From Camelus ferus (lineage: Eukaryota), in NCBI RefSeq assembly GCF_009834535.1, contig NC_045697.1:19842001-19906000 (forward strand): a stretch of 64,000 nucleotides of DNA, given 5' to 3'. A program made the translations under genes and the position numbers. Under the pieces are notes generated by a model. It was not told the origin of the DNA. It worked only from the letters and a program-made list of their open reading frames with translations, and ran no database searches. Of the stretch, positions 39,909 to 52,258 are shown one piece after another; position 1 is the first letter of the stretch, and each line of letters starts with the position of its first letter.

Positions 39909-40099
39909 ATTTAGTTAGTTAGTTACTTATTTAGATATTTTTTCATTTATTCTGTTTTGAGAAATTTTTTTAAAAATTTAACGTTAAATGTTTAAATGTT
40001 ACTTTCCATTTACTGTTATTACAGAATTGACTATATTTTCCATGTTGTACAATACATCTTTTGAGCACGTCTAGGGAGGTACAAACTACTGGTATAAGA
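39909..40099 (-). mobile_element. Tiny 5'-inverted L1 3' end inserted in an L2 3' end
   Basis: Perfect 16-bp TSD tagactcagaactttt (39893-39908, 40100-40115). An antisense L1 3' UTR piece is joined to a short sense piece, gaggtacaaactactggtataaga. Confidence 0.85.
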
Positions 40100-40369
40100 T
40101 AGACTCAGAACTTTTTGAGGTCAGGGACTATGAAATGTTTATGGCTAGAGACCCATCACCTAGGATCAGTCTTCACTCACAGTAGGTGCTTAGTAAATCA
40201 GTGTTAATTGTGATTGAAAACAAATCCTCTTTGATTTTGATATTCTTTTGGTGGCTTAGGACAGACACTCATTGTCTGTCCCTTATTTGTAAATAATTCA
40301 AATCTCACAAGGCACCAAAGCAGAAGAGATTTGGTCTTAAAGAGAATAGCATAGTCATAGGGATTCTTA

Positions 40370-41260
40370 CTCTGGATGAAATTACTCAAGCTAAAAGACC
40401 TCCCCCCAGTCCTGTAAGGTAACAGCAGGAAGACCTTTCTGGTTACAGTGATAAATATAAGGGTGGTTAAAACCAGGCTAATTGTAGCAGCAGTGGTGAG
40501 CAGTTTGGGATGCTGAATATATCTTGAGACTAAAGCTAACTGCATTGCGTGATGAATTGATGAAGATTATGAGAGAAAAAAAAAAAGATCCATAGATGAC
40601 TTCAAGGTTTTTGGTCCGACTAACTAGAAACAGGAACGGCAACATTTCTTGAGCTGGTAGAAACTGCAGGTGGGATAAGATTTGACGGGAAGGTTGGGAG
40701 TTCAACACCAAACATACTAAATGTTCTCCTATTAATCTATCCTTGTCAGTTTAATGTTGATACCTAGCTAGGGACCTTAAGAGGGTCAAGGAAAGCATTT
40801 TCCTCCCATACAACACTGTTTATTCACATAGAAACTGGCAAGTAGTGGATGTGGAAGTTAACTTTGGAAATTGTGTGAATCTTTGCAGGGAAGTGGGAAG
40901 TAAAAAGAGAGATAATGGCAGAAGAGGTTTGGAATTTTGAGGAAAGGGAAAAAGACGTGCCATAGTTATGTAGGAGAGATGAGTGGGCCAGGAAAATACA
41001 GTCAGGCAATGAGGCAGTGTGAGGATCCACTTGAACCTGTGGTTGTGAATTTAGTGAAACGAGTCACTGTGGTCATACAGCCATGGTTAGCTGCGTGCAA
41101 AGAGTCCATTTGGAGATAGACAAGTGGAGTTTACTGCAGTATGATTTTTGCCAAATAAATACAGTGAAGCAAAAGAGAAGCATGTGTTTCACATTTTAGG
41201 CAGATGAGTAATTATAATAATAGACAATGGAATTAGACTGGTTAAAGTAGGGGATGAGGG
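40370..41260 (-). mobile_element. L2 LINE fragment(s)
   Basis: ctgaatatatcttgagactaaagctaactgcattgcgtgatgaattgatg...gatgacttcaaggtttttggtccgactaactaga is antisense L2. Confidence 0.7.
40711..40812 (+). mobile_element. MER34-type ERV1 LTR 3'-end fragment
   Basis: ttctcctattaatctatccttgtcagtttaat...ccttaagagggtcaaggaaagcattttcctcccataca is homologous to the reverse complement of 58058-58160. Confidence 0.65.
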
Positions 41261-43309
41261 CATTAGTGTAGGTGATACACACAGTTACTTAACAGAGATA
41301 CCCATTCAGGTACAGCATCTGGTGTGGTGGAGTGCTTAGGAATTTTGATGTTAAGTCAAAAGAATATAGACTAAGACAAACTTGCTACAACTTTTAAATA
41401 CTAAGTTGGTCCAAAAGCAAGCAACACATACACACACTCACACACTTTAACATTATTATAGCATCTTTTTTTTCACTCTGTCTCAAGATGTTTGTTTGGA
41501 AGATTGAAACTGTGGATAGTCCTATTCATGGAGAATATCTCACATCTTTTTTTAATGAGAAAGAATGAGGCATACTTCCATCATCACATCAAGATGGACT
41601 TTTGAGTGGTGGAATATGATTGCCAACAAAGAAAGCGTACAAATAAACAAATATATCCTTACAGAAAAAAAACAGTCCAGAGAATCAAATGTTCAGTGCT
41701 GCAGTTGTTACATTCCTTTCATTTATCATTTCAAGCTGCATTATTTTGATGGCTTTTCAGCTGTGAGACTACTGGTGCTGATGGAGAGATAATGAAATAC
41801 TGAAAGCCTCAGACAACAGAAATGTCTCTAACTGGTAATGGGCATCCTCCTTCAGTTTATTAACTCCAGCTGTGCTGTTTGACTGTTTTTGTGAAGAGAT
41901 GCTACACGAGGTGAATACTGAATCGAAAATAAAGGATCTGATGTCGGAAGCAACCAGATCCACCTAAAACCTGTATTATGAGATAGGCAAGTTGCGAAAA
42001 TTGCCCTCACATGCCCCCTTGAAACACAGCTCCGTGTCCCTCAAGTAAAATGTGACCAGTATAAGTTTCTTTTTGTGGAGGTGTGTCAACCTCAATGTTC
42101 ACAATGGCACTTAATAATAAACTTACTGATTATATACCCAGACAGTATTCTGAGTAATATCCCAGAATAATCAAGGTATCAGAGTGTGACTGAATATTTT
42201 CTTATATCAGGATCTCTGGATAGAATAAAATTTAAATAATTTCATTTAGAGTAAGATTGAGAATGCTTGCTACCTTATTCTATACCGTTCTCTTTAACTT
42301 GATTCTTACATTCTGATGTCATGGTCCATTTTAGTTACTTGCAAACAATGAAAACTGAAAAGAAAGAAGTAACTTAAACAACCAAAAGTACAATAAAGTA
42401 ACTGAACAAAAAGAGCAAGTATTCAACTTTTCTTGACCTCTCAGAGAGCTGAAGTGGCAGGACAACCAACTGGCTCAAGGTCTAAGTTGAGCAGGGAGCT
42501 GGCAGGGAGAGACAAGACATGAGCCCTGGTTTACCTGGGCAAAATGCAGCGGCACACTGGTGAGAAGAGTTCATCCACGGTCATTGACAACTGTCGGGAG
42601 GTTGGCCAGATATATGCTATGGACAGAGAGTCCTAACGAGATCTCCCTGATGATGAGCAGCAACCAATGCAGGAAGGATTTAAAACTCCACTGGGACCCT
42701 CCTCTCCTTAACCTGTGAGAGGAAGGGCTATAAACACTGCCACTCTCAAGGCACTAGGAGAAGGGAACACTACAAAAAAGTAATAACTCAAACCAACTCT
42801 CTACTCTGGGACAGAGTCATGAACACATGCTGGGCTCAGACCTAAACGTGATGGAAAGGGTTGAGAGCTTCAAGACCACACCTCTGAAACCCAGTGACTT
42901 GGTGCCCACCTACAACTAAGAACTAATCAGAATAACCAACCCTGTCCTCCCTTGCACACATATACACACACTTCACATTGATCCCCTACCAGGCTATATA
43001 GAATTGAGCCAACAGTAACTAACAAAATAGAATCCTTCTCTGAAGTTTAGCTCAAAGGGAAAACCTAAAGCTGAGGATAGATCAGAAATAGAATGCACCT
43101 ACATACACATATTTACACAATTGAAAAATAAAAATTAAAGCAAAAATTTACACACCAGCCACTCCTCTCTCCCTCAAAAAAGAAAAATGTTGAATATTAA
43201 AGAACATTCTTTAGACGAAAGGAATATACTACCATTTAGAAACTTGTACCTACACAAAGAAATGAAAACAAAGTTAATGGAATAAATGAAAGTAAAATTA
43301 AATTACTTC

Positions 43310-43922
43310 TGTCTTAGTTTTCTTTTGTTGCATAACAAATTACCACAGATTTTGCGGCTTAAAATGTCACACACTTATTATCTTGCAGTTCTGTGGGTCG
43401 GAAGTCTGAGCTCTCTGCTCGAGATCTTCCAAGGCCAGCCCTGAGATCTCATCGGAGGCTCAGGATCCCCTTCCAGACTCACCCATTATTGCCAGAATTC
43501 AGTTTCTTGCAGTTGAAACATTTAAGTCCCTGTTTTCTTGCTGGTTATCAGCCAGGATCTGCCCTCAGCTGTCAGAGGCCAATGTCAGACTCCCATCAGT
43601 GGTCCCTCAACATGTGGATCACAGCATGGCTGTTGCTGCTCCAGCCCAGTAGGAGGCTCTCTCTGAAACTTCCCGCTGAAATCTTCCAGTACTTAGTCAT
43701 TAGGTTAGGTTCACCCAGAATAATCTGTTTTTTGATTAAAGTCAAATGATTAGGAAGCTTGTTTACATCTGAAAAATATTTTCTGTCATATAATATAACA
43801 TAATCTTGGGAGTGATCTCTTTCTATACACAGGTCTTCCATAACCTGAGGTGTAGATTATAGAGTGTATGTACACCAAGGGCCTGGTTTCTTGGAGGTCA
43901 TTTTAGAATTCTGTCCACCATA
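43310..43922 (-). mobile_element. MaLR solo LTR (MLT1E-like) inserted in the L1
   Basis: Starts tgtcttagttttc..ttgcataacaaattaccac and ends ttagaattctgtccaccata, the antisense MLT1E termini. Confidence 0.85.
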
Positions 43923-46030
43923 ATTTTTATTCTGTTTTTAATTATTCTAAAAGATGACTGATTATCTAAAGCAAAAATGGTAGTAATACATTGTGTGTTT
44001 ATAGCATATGGAAAACAAAGGTGAATCACAATAGCAGTGAGGACTGGAAAAGAGGAAGAGAGTTTTCACAAGTTTCTTACATTATACATGAAATAGCATA
44101 ATATTATCTGAATATAACTATGGACACTGAAAACTCTTGGGAACAACTATAAAGTTAAAAAACAAAAATAAGTATAAATCAAAACAATAGAATAAATGAA
44201 CTGGAATGATAAAAAAATGCTCAATTAACTCAAGAAGGCAGTAAAAAATAATCCAAAGCAGATGAGGAAAAAAAATCTAGCAACATGGTCAATTTTAGTT
44301 TTTGAATATGAATAATTATATGTAATACTTAAAAAATACCGGTTAAAAGACAAATTGTAAAGTTTGTTGAAAATGTAAAACATGACTATAGGCTGTCTTC
44401 TTTAAAGACAAAAAGGTGAAAGTTTAAGGATGTTGAAAGATACACCATGTGAACAGTAACCAAACTAAAGCTGGAGTATATATTAAAAAATAAGGCAAAG
44501 TAGACTTCAGAATAAAGATTATCACCAGGGGTTAAAAAAGACATTACACAATGAGAAAACGTTTTTTTTTTTTTTTTTTTTCACTCCAAGACACAGCATT
44601 CTGAATATATGTGTATCTAAGAATATTTCTTCAGATTATATATAGGGAAACTGACAAAACTTAAGGAAGAAATAAGGAAATCCAGAGGTTTAGCTAAAGA
44701 TTTTAGCATTTCTCTTTCAGTAATTGATAAAGAAATAGTTAATAATTCAGTGAACGTACAGATGATCTGAATAGTACTGTGAACCACCTGGACCTAGTTT
44801 GTGTAAACTTTTCTACACCAGAATAGTAGAATATACGTTCTTCTTAAGGGCATATAGAAAATTAACAAAGATAGACAATCTACTACATAATAAAATGCAT
44901 ACTAACAAATTAAAAAATACAAATCAAACAAAAATTATTTTTGTGTCATAAAACCAAACTGGAAGTTAGTAACTGAAAGATACCTGGAAAAATCCTTAAG
45001 TATTTGGAAGTTTAAAAATGTAAATAACCTATGAATCAAAGAAGAGGTCTCAAGACAAAATTTAAAAATATTTTGAACTTAATGAAATTGAAGGACAGCA
45101 TATCAAAATTTGTGAGATCAATAAATACTTACAATTTAAAGGAAAAAAAGAGTTTAAATTAGTAATTTAAACCCATCCTATGAAACTAAAGAAGGTGAAA
45201 TAATGGGAGCAGCAGAGTGAAAGAAATAATAAAGAGCAGAAGACAATGATACAGAGGATGGAAAAACAATTAAGAAAATAAATGAAACTAAAATCTAGTT
45301 ATTTTAAAAACAGTATCAATAAAATCAATAAACTTATTGAATCTGGTCAGAATGAAGAAGAGAGGAAAAAAACACTAAACAGTATCAGAAATGAGAAATC
45401 TCACTACAGACTACATAGGATTAAATAATAAGTGAATCCTATAAACAATTTTATGCCCATTACCTGGAAGAACTAGACCGCTTCTCTGAAGTTCACAAAC
45501 TACTAAAATCAAGATTAAAAAAGAAGAAAATTCCTTACGTATACTTAAAAAACTGAACTTGCAGTTGGAATCTTCCAACAAAGAAAACCTCAAGCTGGAA
45601 TGTTTTCACTGCCAAAAATTTAAAGAAAAAAACGCTATACATTTTACACAAATTCTTCCAGAAAATAGAAGAGGAGGAAATACTTTCCACATCATTTTAT
45701 GAGGCTAGCATTTATACCAGCAATGAAAAGCTGGTTCAGTGTTTGAAGATCAATCAATGCATCATAATAACAAGTTAAAGACGGAAACTCATTTGTTCAT
45801 TTCAAGAGATAAAGAATAAGCATTAGAGAAAATATCCACTTATAATAACAATTTTCAGCAAATTAGTAATAGAAGGAACTTCATAATCTGATAAAAAGTA
45901 TCTTTTAAAAGCTTAAGTCTAACATTAGTTTTAATAATGAAAAACTGAATATTTTTTTCCTGAAGATCAGTAACATATCAAGTAAGTCTTTTTTCACTAC
46001 TACTATTCATCATCATATTGAAAATCCTAG

Positions 46031-46990
46031 TGTTTCATTAGCTGCTGCTTCAGACTTTTGGTGAGAGAGTGATTTCTACCCTAAAGTTAGCAAGATAACA
46101 GGATACCAGACACTGGACAGATCAAATGAACTCTTCCATTTATTAGTGTTATAAATTACAGCCCAGAGGCAGGAGGACACTGTACATCTTGCATGGCCAC
46201 GCAGGGGCTGCACTTGGGAGCTAAGTAATTAAACAGAGATTGTAAGAGGCAGATTTTGTATCAAGAGGATAGAGTCACACTGATTTCTGTGGAAGAATGT
46301 GATTGTTCTGCCTGAATAATTCTACAGGCTGGCAGGGAACCTGGAACACATTACTCAAGGATAAGTGGGCACTATGCCTGGTCCCCATGGTACAGAGTGT
46401 GGTTTGGCTAGGGGACATAATCCACAGCAAAAGAGGCAGAGGGAAATTTGTGGTCAGGTTATTTGAGGATCTCTCAATTTTATCAGATGTTATGGATTGA
46501 ATTGTGTCCCCACCCCCCAAAAAATATATTGACATCCTAGCCACAGTATGTCAGAATGTGAACTTACTTGGGAATAGAGTCATTTTGATGTAATAGGTTA
46601 AAATTAACCCTTAATCCAGGATGGCTGGTGTCTTAATAAAAAGAGGAGAAAGTACACACAGAGACATCTAAGGAGAAGACAGTCATTTGACAGTGGAGAC
46701 AGAGACTGGAGTGATTCCTCTATAAGCCAAAGAATGCCAAGGATTTCCAACAAACACTAGAAACTAGAATAGGCGGCAAACTTCTTCCCTATAAATTTCA
46801 CAGGGAGTGCGGCTGTGCCAACACATTGATTTTTGATTTATAGCCTCCAGAGGTATGAGATAGTAAATATTTGTTATTTTAAGCCACCCATTAAAAAGTA
46901 AGTACTTTTTAATGGCAGCCTTAGGAACTGATACATCAAATATCAAGGCAGCACAGAATACTGAATCTTGAATTCAGACCTCACACCACA
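46031..46990 (-). mobile_element. ERVL solo LTR (MER74/MER73-like) inserted in L1 ORF2
   Basis: The minus strand starts tgtggtgtgaggtctgaattcaagattcagtattctgtgctgccttgata. 5-bp TSD cctag/catag (46026-46030, 46991-46995). L1 ORF2 rejoins across it. Confidence 0.8.
46488..46935 (+). mobile_element. MaLR solo LTR (MLT1B/C-like) nested in the ERVL LTR
   Basis: tgttatggattgaattgtgtcccc...gcagccttaggaactgataca; 5-bp TSD tcaga/tcaaa (46483-46487, 46936-46940). Confidence 0.9.
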
Positions 46991-47174
46991 CATAGCCAGT
47001 GCAGTATATCAAGGATAAAAAAATATAGTACAAATTGGAAAAAAATGCATACAGTTGTCTCTATTGACAGATGACATTATTTTCTATTTGGAAAAAATGA
47101 AATAATATACAAAAAATGTCTCTAAAACTAACAAGTTTGCAGGAGACAAAGGCAAATGTATAAAAATCAACTTT

Positions 47175-49925
47175 CTTATTAAAATTCCAGTGGCATTTTT
47201 CACAGAAATAGAAAAATCAACTATAAAATTCGTATGGAACTACAAAAGAGCCTGAATAGCTGAAGCAATCTTGAGCAGGAAGAAAAAGGCTGAAGGCATC
47301 ACATTTCCTGATTTCAAATTATATTACAAAAGTTTAGTAATCAAAAGAAAATGGTATGGGCATAAAAACAGAAACATAGACCAATGTGATAGAATAGAGA
47401 GCCCAGAAATAAACCTATGCGTATGCAGTCAACTAGCCTTCAACAGTGGTGCCAAGAATACACAATAGAGAAAGGATAGTCTCTTCGATAATTGGTTTTA
47501 GTAAATCTGGATATACACATACAAAGGATTTTGTGTATGATGGATATTGGATCCTTATGTTACATCATACACAAAAATCAACTTAAAATGGATTAAAGGA
47601 GTCTATGTAAGACCTGAAACCCTAAAAAACCTAGAAGAAAACATAAGGAAAGAGCTTCTTGACATTGGTATTACTAAAAAAATTTTGAATTTGATACCAA
47701 AAGTACGGGCAACAAAAGCACAAATAAATAGGAATGCTTTTAAATTTAATTAGGTACCATTTTTTTATTTTTTATTTTATTTGTTTTGCCTTAGGAGATA
47801 GATGCAAAAAAGTATTGCTGTGGTTTATGTCAAATAGTATTCTGCCTTTGTTCTCTTCTAGGAGTTTTATTGTTTCAGGTCTTTAATCCATTTGAGTTGA
47901 TTTTTGTATAAGGTGTAGGGAAATGTTCTACTCTCAATTCTTTTACATGTAACTTTCCAGTTTTCCCAGCACCATTTATTGAAAACACTCTCTTTTTTCT
48001 GTTGTATATTCTTGCCTTCTTCATCATAGATTAATTGACTATAGTGCATGAGTTTATTTCTGGGCTGTCTGTTCATTCCAGCAATTCCAGTCCTGGTTAT
48101 CTATCTGAAAAAAATGAAGACACTGATTTGAAAAGTTGCATGCACCCCAGTGTTTATAGCAGCATTATTTACAATAGCCAATACATGACAGCAACCTAAG
48201 CGTTTGCCAACAGATGAATGGAGAAAGAGGAAGTGATATATATATATATAATGGTCAAATTCATGAAAAATAGTGAAATTCTGCCATTTGCAACAATGTG
48301 GATGAACCTAGAGACTACTATATTTAGTGAAGTAAGTCAGACAAAGAAAGAAAAGTACTCTATGTTGTCACTTATATGTGGAATCTAAAATATACAACAA
48401 ACATATGTATAACAAAACAGAAACAGAACCACAGATATAGAAAACAAACTAGTGGTTATCAGTGGGCAGAATGGAGGGGGAGGGGCAGGAGAGGGGTGAG
48501 GCTTAAGAGATGCAAACTACTATGTATAAAATACATGAGCCATATATATTGTACAACACAGGGAAATACCACTATTATTTTGTAATAACTTTAAATAGGG
48601 TGTGATCTCTACAAATATTTGAATCACTGTGTTGTACACCTGAAACTAATGTAGTATTGTAAATCAACTATACTCCAATAAAAAAGAGTGGGACTACATC
48701 AGATGGAAAAGTTTCTGCACAGCAAAAGAAACAGCCAACACAATGAAAAGGCAAACTGTGAAATGGAGAAAATATCTGCAAACCATATATCTGATAAAGG
48801 GATTACTTTCTAAAATATAAGGAACTCATACAACTCAATAGCAAAAAATAAATAAATAAAAGTAATACAATTTAAAAATGGGCAAAGGACCTGAATAGAC
48901 ATTTTCCAAAGAAAGCATACAAATTTTCAGCAATTACATGAAAACATCTTCAGTGTCACTAATCAGTTGGGGAATAGAAATCAACACATAATGAGACATC
49001 ACCTCATATCTGTTAATACTAACATGGCTGTTACAAAAAGTTCAAAAAAATAGTAAGTATTGGCAAGTTTGTGAAGAAAATGAAACCCTTATACGATATT
49101 GTTAAGAATGTAAATTGATACAGCCTTTATACAGAACAGTATTGAGGTTCCTCAAAATATTAAAAATAAGACTACCATATCATCCAAAAATCCCACTTCT
49201 GGGTATATGTCCAAAGGATTTAAAAGGACTATCTTGAAGAGCGATCTGCACTCGTATGTTCACTGTAACGATATTCACAATACTTGAAATATGGAAACAA
49301 CTGAAGTATCTATTGACAGATCAATAGATAAAGAAAATGTAATATATACATATTATATATGTACAATTATATACAATATACAAGTATAATATGTATAAAA
49401 TGAAATATTATTCAGTCAAGAAAAGAGGAAATCCTGCCATTTGCAACATTATGGATGAACCTGAAGGAAATTAGACTAAGTGAAATAAGCCAGACACCGA
49501 AAGACAAATACTCCATAATCTTTCTTTTATATGAAATCTAAAGAAGTCAAACACATAACAGCAGAGAGCAGAACGATGGTTACCAGGATCTGGGTGTGTG
49601 AAAGAAATTAAATGTTAGTTAAAAGGTATAAGCTTTCAGGTATAAGGTGAATAATGTATGGCATGGTCACTATAAAATAATAATGTGTATTTGAAATTTT
49701 CTAAGATATTAGATCTCCAGTTTTCGCAGTACACACACATACAGACACAGAGGTAACTAGATGAGGTGATGGAAATGTTAATTAGCTTGAGGTGATGGAA
49801 ATGCTAATTAGCTTGATTGTGGTAATAATTTCACAATACATACATATATCGAAACATATTGCACTCTTTAAATATATACAGTTTCTATTTGTCAATCATA
49901 TGAAGCTGGAAAAATAACATTAAAA
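47175..49925 (+). mobile_element. L1MA-type 5'-truncated L1 inserted in the older L1M
   Basis: ORFs 47271-47468 ([16 protein letters not shown]) and 47547-47753 (DPYVTSYTKINLKWIK). L1MA-like 3' end ..gtcaatcatatgaagctggaaaaa. Confidence 0.88.
47733..48685 (+). mobile_element. Younger L1 with a 5' inversion, nested in the L1MA element
   Basis: An antisense ORF2 segment at 47733-48077 (ORF 47867-48076) is joined to the sense ORF2 end, 3' UTR and A-tail at 48078-48685. The host reading frame KAQIN|WDYI resumes after it. Confidence 0.88.
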
Positions 49926-51399
49926 TAAAAATAAGTCTTATTTCTATATACTAAAAATTAAAGTTAAAAACTTTTAAATGTAACTAAAAATAAAATACTT
50001 AGCTGTGAATACACTCAAATATATTCAGGATTTTTATCTGTATATTGAAAATTACAAAGCATTTTTGAGATAAATCAATGAAGACCTAAATAAATGGAGA
50101 AATATACTGTGTCCTTGGATTAGAAGACTCAATAGTATTAAGAAGTCAGTCTCCCCTATTTAATCTATAAATTTAATGCAATCCCAGTAAAAATCCCAGC
50201 AAGACTTTTTGTAGATATTGACAAGATGATTATAAAATTTGTATGAAAAAGGCAAAGGAACTAGAATAGACCAAAAAACCCTTAAATAAAAATAAAATAT
50301 ATTCTTACTATCTAATATCAAGACTTACTATAAATCTACAGTAACTGAGGTGGTTTGGAATTTTTACTAGTGTGGATAGAAAGATCAATGAAATGTGAGA
50401 GTCCTCGGAAATAGACCCATTCATGTAAGGGTTACTTATATAGAGGCAATCCCAAATATAACTAGAAGTTGAACAGGGCAATGGAATAGTCAATTGGGAA
50501 GAAAATAGAACCCAGCTAACACAGTGAGTGATAAGACTCTCCCTACCTATGGCTTTTCAGTGTGTGTGAGAATTAGTCCGACTATGCAGTTCCTCGGTAC
50601 TCGGCGAATGGGTTATCTCCTTTAAACCCTCCAAAAACATTACTTGAACAAGAGTCCTGAGGTTTCCTAAATCAGCCTCATGCCATTGGAAATTCTCTGA
50701 AATGACTGATATATTTGATCACTGCCGTCATTTGAGAGAAGTATGGGAGATTTTCCGAGGGCTTTCAAGTCATGTCAACATAAATTCTTTTTCTGTGCGA
50801 GGTTTCTGCCTAGCTTTTCTAAGACCCATATTTAATTAGGGGGGAATAAAAAGCTTCTTTGGGCTTGCTACTGATATCCTTATCAATATTTATAGCTATG
50901 CCTGCCTTTTTTCTTTATGTGTTCCTTACCCAGGGTTGTTTTATGAAAGTGGGAGGTGAAAAGAGGGGGGCATGTTTTAGTTCCTTTTTTCTATGAAGGG
51001 GCTTAATAGCCATGTTTTCCTTTTTATATCCCCCCACATTAGAAGATGTTTTACCTTACATGTGTCTGGAATGTTGTGACTTCATTTTCAATATATCCAA
51101 CAATTCCACGTTAGTGTGTTTTCCTCGACTAAAACTTTTTGTCTCAATGGGCAATTTTATCTTTCTAATGGTGTGTATTCTCTTCTCTGTGTTAGAGGTA
51201 TTTGTATCTACAAATCATGATTCCCTATTGGATTAAAGATTCCTTAGTTGTAACTGTCCATATTCCATCCCGCAGAGCACCATATATGATGCCTTGAATA
51301 TTACTATAGGTCAGAAGTTTTTTTATTGAAAGAAATGTACTAGATATAAGTTTCTTCTTAATAAAAATCCTTGAACAAAGAGGGTGTAGCTTTTTTCCT

Positions 51400-51742
51400 T
51401 CTTATTTTGGCAATAGTTGCTCTTATCTTCTACCCCTTGTTCTTACAGGCCCTCCCACCAAGAAGTAGCTATATTTTATACCCCTTGAATCTGAGCTAAT
51501 CTTGTGATATGCTTTAAACTTAAATACAAAACAGAGACAGACTCACAGACATGAAAAACAAACTTATGGTTACCAGAAGGGAAAGGGAGTAGGGAGAGAT
51601 AAATTGGAGTTTGAGATTTACAGATACTAACTATTGTATATATATATATAAAATAGGCAAACAACAAGGTCCTACTGTATAGCATAGGGAATTATATTCA
51701 ATACCTTGTAATGGCCTATAATGAAGAAGAATATTAAGAGGA

Positions 51743-51788
<46 letters not shown>

Positions 51789-52258
51789 ATATAAATGACT
51801 ATGCTGTCCACTAGAAATTAACACAGCATTGTAAATCAACTATACTTTAATTAAAAAAAGAACCATTATACCTCTTTAGAGACATCAAACAAATGCAGTC
51901 GAAGCTACAGTGTTCCAGTTCTTAGACAATAAGAGGACTTGTGCTCTTCCACTTTCTCTTGGAACCCGCCCACTGCCTTGTGAACATACTCTAGCTAGCC
52001 TGCTGGAGGGAAAGATACCACGTGCATCAGGAAAAGCCAAGCCAGCTGCAGCAATCCTGAACCAGTTAGCATATACCAACTTCTGGCTGACTGTAGTTTC
52101 ATGAAGGCAATCAGCTGAGATCAGCCAAGCCCAGGCGAGATAACCAGACCTTCCCAACTGGCTAACTGACACAGAGCAGACACAAATACTGTTGTATGCC
52201 CCCGAGGTTTGGTGGCGGGTTTTATATAGCATTATTGTGCTAATAGATAAGAAATACA
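51400..52258 (+). mobile_element. MaLR LTR (MLT1F-like) split by a young L1 3' end
   Basis: cctcccaccaagaag...ccccttgaatctgagct...; ends gcattattgtgctaatagataagaaataca. Confidence 0.75.
51516..51859 (+). mobile_element. Young camelid-type L1 3' UTR
   Basis: acaaaacagagacagactcacagac...ggagtttgagatttacagatactaact...gtaaatcaactatactttaattaaaaaaa; reverse complement of the copies at 6987, 9082 and 32733. Confidence 0.92.

Larger units (their letters stand above)
42330..50500 (+). mobile_element. Long old L1M (5' region, ORF1 end, decayed ORF2) hosting multiple nested insertions
   Basis: Decayed ORF2 collinear with L1: EN-like at 44280-44900; LFxI.LxILAS around 46000-47000, split by an LTR; RT motif SLLTDDIIFYLE at ~47057-47093; resumes at ~49930 (gaagacctaaataaatggaga...tggattagaagactcaat). 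Confidence 0.85.

Noticed and set aside
41769..41968. Exon-like stretch open on both strands with possible acceptors
   Set aside because: No recognisable peptide and no matching donor; compatible with chance.
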